From Candidatus Anstonellales archaeon (lineage in GTDB: Archaea > Micrarchaeota > Micrarchaeia > Anstonellales > J096): DNA of 39,905 nt. Shown here piece by piece: positions 27,307 to 35,370 of the stretch; within the stretch, counting starts at the first letter, position 1, and each line of letters begins with the position of its first letter. The translations under genes and the position numbers were made by a program. The notes beneath the pieces were generated by a model. It ran no database searches. It was given only the letters and a program-made list of their open reading frames with translations, and was not told the origin of the DNA. The stretch spans positions 1-39,905 of the forward strand of contig JAVYLQ010000003.1 in assembly GCA_038740615.1 (NCBI GenBank). Reading direction: 5' to 3'.

Positions 27307-27973
27307 AATTGATTTAGAGCTGCTACGTATAGTAGCTATGTTAGCAATGCTACTAGATCATACAGGAGTAATATTTGATGTAGAATATCTTAGGATGATT
27401 GGCAGAATAGCATTTCCGATCTTCGCATATATCTTAGTAGATAATCTCATTAGAACTCCCGAGGTACAGGAGAAATATCTCTGGAGGCTGTTGGTATTTG
27501 GAGTTATTTCCCAGTTTCCATTTTCCATAGCTTTTCAAACCACAATGTTGAATATAATGTTCCAATTCCTGGGGTTTGTAGTCTTTCTAAAATTAAATCG
27601 AATTGTGGGATTGATAATATCTTCCATAAGTGATTATTCCATTTTCGGTTTCCTGTATCTCTTAACCATTTATAATTATTTGAATTATCAACATGGTAAT
27701 AGAGATGGTCAGATATTTCCTGTATATATATCCGCATTTCTTCTTAATATATCATTTTTTAGTATTGTTCATATATTAGTTACATTAGTCATTACTTATA
27801 TTCTTATGCTGTTCAGGACTGTGGATCCTACAGAAAACAGTAAGGTTACATCAGATAGTAAAGGAATATCATTAGAGCTTATTAGAAGGGGTAGATCTTT
27901 GCCATACTATGTCTTTTACATATTCTACCCTACACATATACTATTAATATATATTGCCAAAATATATTTATGA
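27296..27973 (+). CDS. traX: TraX-family membrane protein (pilin acetylase-like)
   Basis: LRIVAMLAMLLDH, IGRIAFPIFAY, KYLWRLLVFGVISQFPF, NIMF, DYS, FYIFYPTHILLI. Confidence 0.85.
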   Translation: MSIRIDLELLRIVAMLAMLLDHTGVIFDVEYLRMIGRIAFPIFAYILVDNLIRTPEVQEKYLWRLLVFGVISQFPFSIAFQTTMLNIMFQFLGFVVFLKLNRIVGLIISSISDYSIFGFLYLLTIYNYLNYQHGNRDGQIFPVYISAFLLNISFFSIVHILVTLVITYILMLFRTVDPTENSKVTSDSKGISLELIRRGRSLPYYVFYIFYPTHILLIYIAKIYL

Positions 27974-28440
27974 GAAGATTCTTGGCATTTGAAGTTGAGA
28001 ATAGTCCAGAACTAGAGGATGTATATAAATATTTCTCCAGATTTAAAGATATTCGAATCAGTAGATTTAGACATGTAACTCTGAGCTTCTTAGGCGATAT
28101 GGAATATGATCCTGAAATAATACGAGACTATTTTAGAGATAAACATGCATTTAATGTTAGATATCGTGGAATTGGTGGATTTCCGAGCATCAGATGGGCT
28201 AGGGTTATATGGATAGGAGTTGAATTCAATTATGATGTTATGGCAGATTTTCCCTATCCAAAGAATGAGATATATCATCTAACAATCGGCAGAGTGAATG
28301 GAATGGATCTTTCAAGATTGGATCTAAAGAGATTTGACCGTATTCTATATGAACACTCTGTTAGTATCGTTAATCTCTATGAAACCATAATACCGGGGAG
28401 AGAGTATAGAATTATCGCCTCTTATCCTCTAATTCAGTAA
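27970..28440 (+). CDS. thpR: RNA 2',3'-cyclic phosphodiesterase (2H family)
   Basis: MRRFLAFE, two HxT motifs (HVTLSFLG, HLTIGRV), GGFP...RVIWIG. Confidence 0.92.
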   Translation: MRRFLAFEVENSPELEDVYKYFSRFKDIRISRFRHVTLSFLGDMEYDPEIIRDYFRDKHAFNVRYRGIGGFPSIRWARVIWIGVEFNYDVMADFPYPKNEIYHLTIGRVNGMDLSRLDLKRFDRILYEHSVSIVNLYETIIPGREYRIIASYPLIQ

Positions 28441-28642
28441 GGCTGTAGATTGTGAGAATTGCGGAGAGATTGAGAATATTAGGGTCTCTTATTATACCCA
28501 TGTGATAAATTGCCATTCCTAAACCTGCTAACAGAAGATACGTTGATGGTTTTAGGTAATGTTTTACTCTTAAATCAGATATTTTAGTATCAACCCTATT
28601 CTGAACTTCATATGAATCGTTAGAGAATTTTTTGAGTAACAT
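28412..28642 (-). CDS. Small hypothetical membrane protein (76 aa)
   Basis: ATG start about 33 nt from TTTAAA (28670) and a hydrophobic stretch YLLLAGLGMAIY; fills an otherwise empty gap. Confidence 0.5.
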   Translation of the reverse strand: MLLKKFSNDSYEVQNRVDTKISDLRVKHYLKPSTYLLLAGLGMAIYHMGIIRDPNILNLSAILTIYSLTELEDKRR

Positions 28643-28699
28643 ATATTTTTTATAGAAATGTGATAGATTTTTAAATAGAGAATTTTAATTTATCTAAGA

Positions 28700-28749
28700 A
28701 TGATGAACCTTACGCAGCTCTGACATATGATGAGATGACTTGACGCTGA
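28700..28749 (+). ncRNA. Box C/D 2'-O-methylation guide sRNA 2
   Basis: Box C ATGATGA (28700-28706), guide ACCTTACGCAGCT, D' CTGA (28720-28723), C' ATGATGA (28727-28733), guide GATGACTTGACG, D CTGA (28746-28749). TTTAAA lies 30 nt upstream. Confidence 0.93.
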
Positions 28750-28758
28750 GTGATAGTT

Positions 28759-29559
28759 ATGAAGATTAGGGATATAACTGGTTTGCCTATAACATCCTAT
28801 GATATAATTGGAGATATTGCAATTGTATATATCCCTGATCAATACATAGATCGATCAGTTGATATAGCTAAAGCTATCATGCAAGTTCATAAGAGAATAA
28901 GATCTGTATTTAGGAAAAATCCTGTGGAAGGTGAATACCGAGTTAGGAAATTAGAATTGATATATGGTGATCCAAACACCGAAACAATAACCAGAGAAAA
29001 TGGGATTGTTCTGAAATTAGATGTGGATAGAGTATTCTACTCACCAAGAATGTCTAATGATAGGCTAATAATATCAAAATCTGTCAGAGAAGGAGAAAAT
29101 GTTTTTGTACCATTTGCAGGAATTGGACCATATGCCATACTGATAGCTAAGAGATGCCAAACTTGTAGAGTGGTTGGTGTGGAAAAAAATCATGTTGCAG
29201 TTGAGTACTTCAGAGAAAATGTGAATATCAATCGAGTTAAGAATGTAGAGGTTCTAGAGGGGGATGTATTGGATTTTGTAGATCTTTATCCTAATTGGGC
29301 AGACAGAGTAATTATGCCATTACCTAAGGATTCATATGCATATTTGAGAGAACTATGTAAAGTTGGTAAAGATAGGGCGATATTTCATGTATACTTATTT
29401 GTTAATTCCTCTGATCCTATGAATGATGGTAGGGCAAAGATAGAGCAGAATATTGATTATAGATTCGAAATACTCGGTATGAGAAGGTTGAGAGGATATA
29501 GTAAGAGTATTGATGAATATGTGTTTGATATTCAAATCTACAAGAAATTACTATCGTAA
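28759..29559 (+). CDS. trm5: Trm5/Taw2-family tRNA G37 methyltransferase
   Basis: SYDIIGDIAIV, GEYRVRKLELIYG, VFYSPRM, FAGIGPY, DRVIMPLP. Confidence 0.88.
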   Translation: MKIRDITGLPITSYDIIGDIAIVYIPDQYIDRSVDIAKAIMQVHKRIRSVFRKNPVEGEYRVRKLELIYGDPNTETITRENGIVLKLDVDRVFYSPRMSNDRLIISKSVREGENVFVPFAGIGPYAILIAKRCQTCRVVGVEKNHVAVEYFRENVNINRVKNVEVLEGDVLDFVDLYPNWADRVIMPLPKDSYAYLRELCKVGKDRAIFHVYLFVNSSDPMNDGRAKIEQNIDYRFEILGMRRLRGYSKSIDEYVFDIQIYKKLLS

Positions 29560-30326
29560 CTATCTAACTCAATATGAATCATATCTCTAAATCTTCGAAT
29601 CAAAATCCCTCCAGCCAATTTTTTAGTATAAATAATATAAGGTTCAGAACTGGGGAGATTGGTTGAATATATGATAGCTCTTTTGCCAGGTTTGTAACTC
29701 ATAAACCCACCCGGTATTCTATAATAAGTATTTCCATACCCATCAGTCTCTATATACTCCATCTTAATCCCAAATAGTGGTACTCTTAATTCTTGCTCTT
29801 TATGATCAGTATATATTATAAAATATCCAATACATTCGATTCCATCTGTTTTACCCTGAATAGTTCTTAGAGTACTTTTTACATAAAAGTGATTTGAGAT
29901 ATAATATAAACGCTCGTTTTTATGATAATACTCTAGAATATCTGATCCCAAAGGGAGATTTATCAGAACTCCGTTGAGATAACCAAAATATCCAAAAGTG
30001 GGATGTGTGTATTCAGGAAGTTCTATATGAATTTTGTTTTTTCTAGCTAATTTTCGATATATAATACCATACAGATACATAGTTTCTGGTACAAGAATAC
30101 CATTTATCGCCCTATATGGTTCGTTATCTACTATTTTTATTGGGTAATCTGCTTTCGTTTTCTGGTAAAATTTCGAATACCTGCTATTAGGGATTGGCAG
30201 ATTAGATAACTTAAGTTCTAATTTCATATCAGCGCTATCCAATTCTAACCCCTTCTGGTTCTTAGGTAACTCTTTGAATATCTGTAAGGGCTCTAAAATT
30301 CTTCTATCATTAAAAATCATACGCAT
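29538..30326 (-). CDS. Hypothetical protein (paralog of 30310-31260)
   Basis: 262-aa ORF that shares the HPxFGYxGxxxGxLxxLP block with the upstream ORF. Confidence 0.75.
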   Translation of the reverse strand: MRMIFNDRRILEPLQIFKELPKNQKGLELDSADMKLELKLSNLPIPNSRYSKFYQKTKADYPIKIVDNEPYRAINGILVPETMYLYGIIYRKLARKNKIHIELPEYTHPTFGYFGYLNGVLINLPLGSDILEYYHKNERLYYISNHFYVKSTLRTIQGKTDGIECIGYFIIYTDHKEQELRVPLFGIKMEYIETDGYGNTYYRIPGGFMSYKPGKRAIIYSTNLPSSEPYIIYTKKLAGGILIRRFRDMIHIELDSYDSNFL

Positions 30327-31260
30327 CCTTAAGCAGTATTGGATCTTCCCCTACCCACCTAATATACATCTTATGCCTATCTATGTTTATATTTATAGTT
30401 CTATCAGGGCTGGGTATAACTACTGAGGAATCTGGATTCAATCTCCTATCATAAATGATCAATCTATCTCTAGATTTGATTATAAATCCGCGCTTGGTTT
30501 TTCCGTACTGATAATCATAATTATCAAATGATAATCCTCCTTGAATAGGTAGAACTGTAAAATCATGAATCATTATTTTCTTGGATTTTGTAAGAGGGTC
30601 TGTAAATTCATATGAACCTATTGAACCTATCGATTTGATTTCTCCGACCTTAGTACTTCCTATTAATTTCCTAGGTGTTAGGGATAGCATAAACTTATAT
30701 CCGTCTGGTATGTAGTTGTAAGTTGATGAGCGTTCTGTATCTATTACCAAAGGTCTATTCGCAAATATAGGTAAGATTAATAAATAACCCTCAACCATAC
30801 CTGCATAGCCGAACAGGGGATGTAGATTCTGCTCATTAGCCTGATCCAATATTCTATTTTTTATCATGATATCTCTGTAGATTTCGGATAGAATCTTGAA
30901 CGTATATGGGATTATTTTATCACTATCTTTAGAAACAAATATCCCTCCAGATACATGTAATCTATTCGCTCTCTTATCTTGGATGACATGCTCTCCATCA
31001 GCTATTCTAGAATAGACTTCATCACTTATTTCTCTCTTCAATTCACTCAGAGGGATAGATAAGGATGGGTTCTGATCAGGGATGAATTTGAATTTAAAAT
31101 CATGCTTGTTAGGAATTTCTAACATCAGCTGATTCTTACAAGCCTCCGAGAAGTAATCTCTAGCTATTTTCAAATATTTATCAAATTCACGTTTTCTATC
31201 TCTAGAGTTTTCAGGTACATTAGTTTTTAATGGATCAGCACTCCTTTTTCTGAAGAACAT
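30310..31260 (-). CDS. Hypothetical protein (paralog of 29538-30326)
   Basis: 316-aa ORF with a leaderless start 27 nt from TTTAAA (31282-31287). Confidence 0.78.
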   Translation of the reverse strand: MFFRKRSADPLKTNVPENSRDRKREFDKYLKIARDYFSEACKNQLMLEIPNKHDFKFKFIPDQNPSLSIPLSELKREISDEVYSRIADGEHVIQDKRANRLHVSGGIFVSKDSDKIIPYTFKILSEIYRDIMIKNRILDQANEQNLHPLFGYAGMVEGYLLILPIFANRPLVIDTERSSTYNYIPDGYKFMLSLTPRKLIGSTKVGEIKSIGSIGSYEFTDPLTKSKKIMIHDFTVLPIQGGLSFDNYDYQYGKTKRGFIIKSRDRLIIYDRRLNPDSSVVIPSPDRTININIDRHKMYIRWVGEDPILLKDAYDF

Positions 31261-31310
31261 ATATTAATATATAAAAAAATGTTTAAAAATATATGCAAAT
31301 GTATTAACAC

Positions 31311-32006
31311 ATGAAGATCAGTCTAGTGATACCGACCTATAATGAGGAGAAATACTTACCCAAGATGTTTAAATCTCTTAGTCAATCCACATTGTATCCT
31401 GATGAGATTATTATAGTTGATGATCACAGTGTAGATTCCACTCGGGAAATAGCTCGTTCATATGGAGCAGAAGTTCTGGTTGTAGATAGGCGAAATATCG
31501 GTTATGCTAGGAAGATAGGGATGCTATCTGCCAAATATGATATTTTAGTCTCCGGATCTGCTGATATGATAGTAGATAGATATTGGCTAGAGAATCTTAC
31601 AGCTCCACTGAGAGCAAGATTTGATATGAGCTTTGGCAGAATTGATGTGGATAGTGATCATTGGATAGATAGATGGTTTGTGAAATTAGCAAATGCTTAT
31701 TCGGAACTATCTTTTAAACACCTAGGTCTGATTTGGGCATCTGGAGATAACATCGCCATCAGGAAGAACTTTTATCATAAGATATTAGGGTTTAAGGAGC
31801 TAAAAATGGGGGAGGATATAGAACTAATAAGGAGGGCACTAGGTAGAGGCAAAGTGTATTATGCTAGAGATGCAGTTATATATACTAGTGATAGAAGGGT
31901 TAAAAAATGGGGAAGGATTAAATTCTTCGTGTATTATCTTCTTTCATATCTGCTTCTGAATTCTGGAAATGTTATAAACATCAGGGAATATGAAGCTATA
32001 AGATGA
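31311..32006 (+). CDS. Glycosyltransferase family 2
   Basis: ISLVIPTYNEE, IIIVDDHSVDST, GEDIEL, TSDRR. Confidence 0.92.
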   Translation: MKISLVIPTYNEEKYLPKMFKSLSQSTLYPDEIIIVDDHSVDSTREIARSYGAEVLVVDRRNIGYARKIGMLSAKYDILVSGSADMIVDRYWLENLTAPLRARFDMSFGRIDVDSDHWIDRWFVKLANAYSELSFKHLGLIWASGDNIAIRKNFYHKILGFKELKMGEDIELIRRALGRGKVYYARDAVIYTSDRRVKKWGRIKFFVYYLLSYLLLNSGNVINIREYEAIR

Positions 32007-32039
32007 TATATTTAAAAACAAATATGTACAAATTAAAAT

Positions 32040-32642
32040 ATGGGATTCACAGAAACAGAAGCTAAAATATTTGAAGTTAGTAAAAATATTGATATAGCTA
32101 AAACAAATCTAGATAAATTGTTTGCTAAAGAGATGGATGGATTGATTGGAATTGCTCTGTACAGAACTCTGAAGTCATCGGACAATCCTAATCTTAGATA
32201 TTATGCAAGTGAAATGGAGAATGCTACTGGTCAATATCTGGCTAATTTGATTAGAGCTTCTCTGCACGAAATATCTCGTTTATCACCTGCTGAAAAGCAA
32301 AAATTCTTCGAATCCTTTAGATCTAATATCGTAGGGGTAATCAGAGAAGTGATGCAGGAGGCTGATGAGAGATATGGTGTTATATCTGATATAATACAGG
32401 CCTATGTGAATCCAAGATCTATTCAAGCTACATATGCACTTAAGAACACGGAATTAAATATAGACAGGATTCCATTAAATGGTAGAGTTATTCAGGAGTT
32501 ATACAGCCGAGGATTTGATGGTAGTATAAACCTCCCAGGTAGAACTGGTATCTTCAACCGCCCTGAGATCAATTTTAAAATTCCCCCTAGTTTACTTAGA
32601 GGAGCTAACACAGAAGAGAAAGATCTTCTCTTAAATGCATAG
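32040..32642 (+). CDS. Hypothetical protein
   Basis: 200-aa ORF with ATG about 30 nt after TTTAAAAA; no family recognised. Confidence 0.72.
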   Translation: MGFTETEAKIFEVSKNIDIAKTNLDKLFAKEMDGLIGIALYRTLKSSDNPNLRYYASEMENATGQYLANLIRASLHEISRLSPAEKQKFFESFRSNIVGVIREVMQEADERYGVISDIIQAYVNPRSIQATYALKNTELNIDRIPLNGRVIQELYSRGFDGSINLPGRTGIFNRPEINFKIPPSLLRGANTEEKDLLLNA

Positions 32643-32658
32643 AATTCTGTAATGTTGA

Positions 32659-33309
32659 ATGAGTAATTGGAAATATATTATAGAGGCAACAACTAATCAT
32701 AGAGGTTTCAGAAAGGATCCTAGACTCTATATGCTTCATAGATATTTCAAAGAATATCCAATAAAATCTGGAGAGTTAGGAAGCAGCGATATAAAAATAA
32801 TCTATGAAGTAGGTTGGAGAATACTAGGGTTATCTGTTTCTGATGAGGATTTGAAGGATCCTGATAGAAGGGCATATTTACAGGGGATTGCATTCTACTA
32901 TGTGGATGCTATTGATTTTGTGATATCTGTATTGAAAAGATCCTTTCTATATGATGCTGTATCTAGAATAAGAGTTGGTGGAAATCTCATATCAAACAGT
33001 GTAATGGGTAGAGATTTTGATTCAGAATTCTACGGAGATGTTCATATGAGAATTCTATATAAGAATTATTTCCATACTCGCTTAGTTCTTATGATAGATC
33101 CTTATTCTGAGGAGAAATTTATACCTCTATATCAGGATGGAATCAGAATTTTTAAAAAAGGATATAAAAAACATATTAATAATGTACATATGGAGCGTAG
33201 ATCGAATAGTTATTACATCACAAAGATATTTGAAGGACAGCATGATGTTTATATAGAGGTGGGAAATGATGGAAGAGTACAGGTCAATATTGGAGAATCT
33301 AAAACATAA
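32659..33309 (+). CDS. Hypothetical protein
   Basis: 216-aa ORF; no family recognised. Confidence 0.72.
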   Translation: MSNWKYIIEATTNHRGFRKDPRLYMLHRYFKEYPIKSGELGSSDIKIIYEVGWRILGLSVSDEDLKDPDRRAYLQGIAFYYVDAIDFVISVLKRSFLYDAVSRIRVGGNLISNSVMGRDFDSEFYGDVHMRILYKNYFHTRLVLMIDPYSEEKFIPLYQDGIRIFKKGYKKHINNVHMERRSNSYYITKIFEGQHDVYIEVGNDGRVQVNIGESKT

Positions 33310-34087
33310 GAATGCTCGTGGATTAGAGCATCTTAGTAACAAATACTTTAAAGAATTTATACTGAATGGAGATGAATTATCCCTCAAGAAGAGTGTTATT
33401 GCCAAAGCATTCAGTTATATCACAGATATAAACTACACAGGAGATCCTGAAGAGTTATTCTATGAGAATATTGAATTCATGAATGATGCAAAAGAATACA
33501 TTGCTATCAAATTACACAATCTAGGTTATACCTACTCTAGAATATCAGAACTATTGCATATAGATATAATCAATATAGTAAATAGATTAGATCTTGAGGA
33601 AGGAACGGTAATCTTGAATAATACAATATATCTAGATCAATCAGCAATTGCATTTATAGCAAAAACAAATATGTTAGATCTATTTGATTTCTTGGATCTA
33701 AATGTAGTAACATATATAGATAGCAGGGATATCAGAACCAGAGCGATATACAGAAATAATAGGATCAAACTTATTGATCCTGAAAATCTACAGTATAAAC
33801 CACCACTGTACCTATCTGCAAAACCACTGTATCTATTCAGCAATAGAGAGTTAGGATTTGCTAAGATTGGGGAATTCTATACTTTGGATATGAATCTCAC
33901 TAAGTCCATATATTCTATAAAAGAAAGAATAGAGAATTATTCTAATAGAGTAGTAATGGTAGATGAACAATCTCTAGAGCAGTTGAGCAAAATGATAATC
34001 GCCAAACCTCTATCATATCTGATAACTTATGCAATATCAAAAGGTTACTACATTGGAGATTATGACAAAACAATCTATATTGACTAG
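33266..34087 (+). CDS. Putative HTH plus degenerate PIN-like fusion protein
   Basis: HTH-like KLHNLGYTYSRISELLHIDI, then IYLDQSAIAFIAKTNMLDLF...VMVDEQ...LITYAISKGY, resembling DUF3368-type PIN domains. Confidence 0.55.
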   Translation: MMEEYRSILENLKHKNARGLEHLSNKYFKEFILNGDELSLKKSVIAKAFSYITDINYTGDPEELFYENIEFMNDAKEYIAIKLHNLGYTYSRISELLHIDIINIVNRLDLEEGTVILNNTIYLDQSAIAFIAKTNMLDLFDFLDLNVVTYIDSRDIRTRAIYRNNRIKLIDPENLQYKPPLYLSAKPLYLFSNRELGFAKIGEFYTLDMNLTKSIYSIKERIENYSNRVVMVDEQSLEQLSKMIIAKPLSYLITYAISKGYYIGDYDKTIYID

Positions 34088-34664
34088 TGATGTGATTGTT
34101 GATTACAGGGAGGTTGGATTGATTGAGGTTCTAAAAGCCAGAACGAATGTTGTAATTTCAAACTTGGATGTAGATGTGATAATAGGTGAAATAGCTATTG
34201 AACGGAAAACTAGTAGTGATTTTGAGCAATCAATCATAGATGGTAGATTGTTTGATCAGATAAATATATTGAAGAATTATGGAAAAGGAATAATTGCTCT
34301 AGAGATAGGATTTCCGGAGAGAGTACATGTGAATAGCTACTATGGGGCAATAGCTAGAGTATTAAAGGAAGGTGTATCAATATTACATTACAGAAATCTT
34401 GATGAATTGGCAAATATAATAGATATACTAGCTAGACAGAATGATCAGAGTCCTAGAATACATATCAGTAAGAATACTGATGATCCTGTGAGGAATGTAA
34501 TAATGTCTATACCTGGGATAGGAAAGAGAAGGACAGATATGATAATGGAGAGATTTTCCTCACTGAGAGAATTTTTCAATAGCGATATTGATACATTAAA
34601 AAATCTCCTTGGTAAATCTGTTGGTGAGAAAGTTTATAGGCTGATAAACGATAAATATAAATAG
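34062..34664 (+). CDS. xpf: XPF/ERCC4 structure-specific nuclease (short form with HhH)
   Basis: VIVDYRE, IAIERKTSSDFEQSIIDGRLFDQ, HhH motif SIPGIGKR. GGAG precedes ATG 34062. Confidence 0.9.
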   Translation: MTKQSILTSDVIVDYREVGLIEVLKARTNVVISNLDVDVIIGEIAIERKTSSDFEQSIIDGRLFDQINILKNYGKGIIALEIGFPERVHVNSYYGAIARVLKEGVSILHYRNLDELANIIDILARQNDQSPRIHISKNTDDPVRNVIMSIPGIGKRRTDMIMERFSSLREFFNSDIDTLKNLLGKSVGEKVYRLINDKYK

Positions 34665-34684
34665 GTAATTTAAGATACAAAGAT

Positions 34685-35254
34685 ATGATATATAATACTC
34701 TGGTGCTGCTCAATATAATAATCTTCATAATCGAACTCATAGATAGGTCTGTGATATATGCATTTGGATTTATACCTGAAAGGGCTCTGATAGAACCTTG
34801 GAGATTTGTAACAGGAATGTTCCTACATGGGGGTTTGATCCACCTGTTTTTCAACATGTTTGTTCTATATAGTGTAGGTAGATTAATAGAACCAAGGATA
34901 GGTAGTGAAGAGTTTCTAAAGATGTATATTCTAGCTGGTATTGCAGGTAATTTTCTGTTTCTGATAATTGCATATGCAGGATTCATACCTAAGGATACAA
35001 TTGGTATTGGTGCTAGTGGAGCTATTGCAGGATTGCTAGGAGCTGCATATGTATTCTATCCTTATATAACCATCTTACTATTCTTCATTATCCCTATGCC
35101 CATGTACGCATTTTTCTTCCTGTATCTGATTATAGAGTTCTTAGGAATATTTACTATGAATTATACTGGAATTGGTTCTGCTGCACACTTAGGAGGTGCT
35201 CTATTTGGATATTTCTACTCAAATCATATCAAGGAGCGAGAGAGATATTGGTAA
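34685..35254 (+). CDS. Rhomboid intramembrane serine protease
   Basis: PWRFVTGMFLHGGLIHLFFNM, GASGAIAG (catalytic Ser), AAHLGG (catalytic His). Confidence 0.95.
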   Translation: MIYNTLVLLNIIIFIIELIDRSVIYAFGFIPERALIEPWRFVTGMFLHGGLIHLFFNMFVLYSVGRLIEPRIGSEEFLKMYILAGIAGNFLFLIIAYAGFIPKDTIGIGASGAIAGLLGAAYVFYPYITILLFFIIPMPMYAFFFLYLIIEFLGIFTMNYTGIGSAAHLGGALFGYFYSNHIKERERYW

Positions 35255-35257
35255 AAA

Positions 35258-35329
35258 TGGACCCGAGGGGATTTGAACCCCTAGCCTCCCGCGTGCAAGG
35301 CGGGCGCTCTGCCGTTGAGCTACGGGCCC
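35258..35329 (-). tRNA. tRNA-Ala(TGC)
   Basis: Reverse complement GGGCCCGTAGCTCAACGGCAGAGCG-CCCGC-CT-TGC-AC-GCGGG...GGTTCAAATCCCCTCGGGTCCA. The G3:U70 identity pair is present; no encoded CCA. Confidence 0.96.
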
Positions 35330-35370
35330 TAAATTATCTTTTAGGCATACATTTAAAAAGATTTTTAGAA

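Noticed and set aside
13409-27973. Integrated conjugative element or provirus containing the VirB4-like ATPase and TraX
   Set aside because: No integrase, relaxase, att-like repeat of either tRNA 3' end or capsid gene was seen, and the region is interleaved with core genes (lig, pyrH, idsA, ftsY).
32040-32150. TrmB-like start (GFTETEAKIF) in the 200-aa orphan
   Set aside because: The similarity is limited to a few residues and the helix spacing of a TrmB HTH is not preserved.
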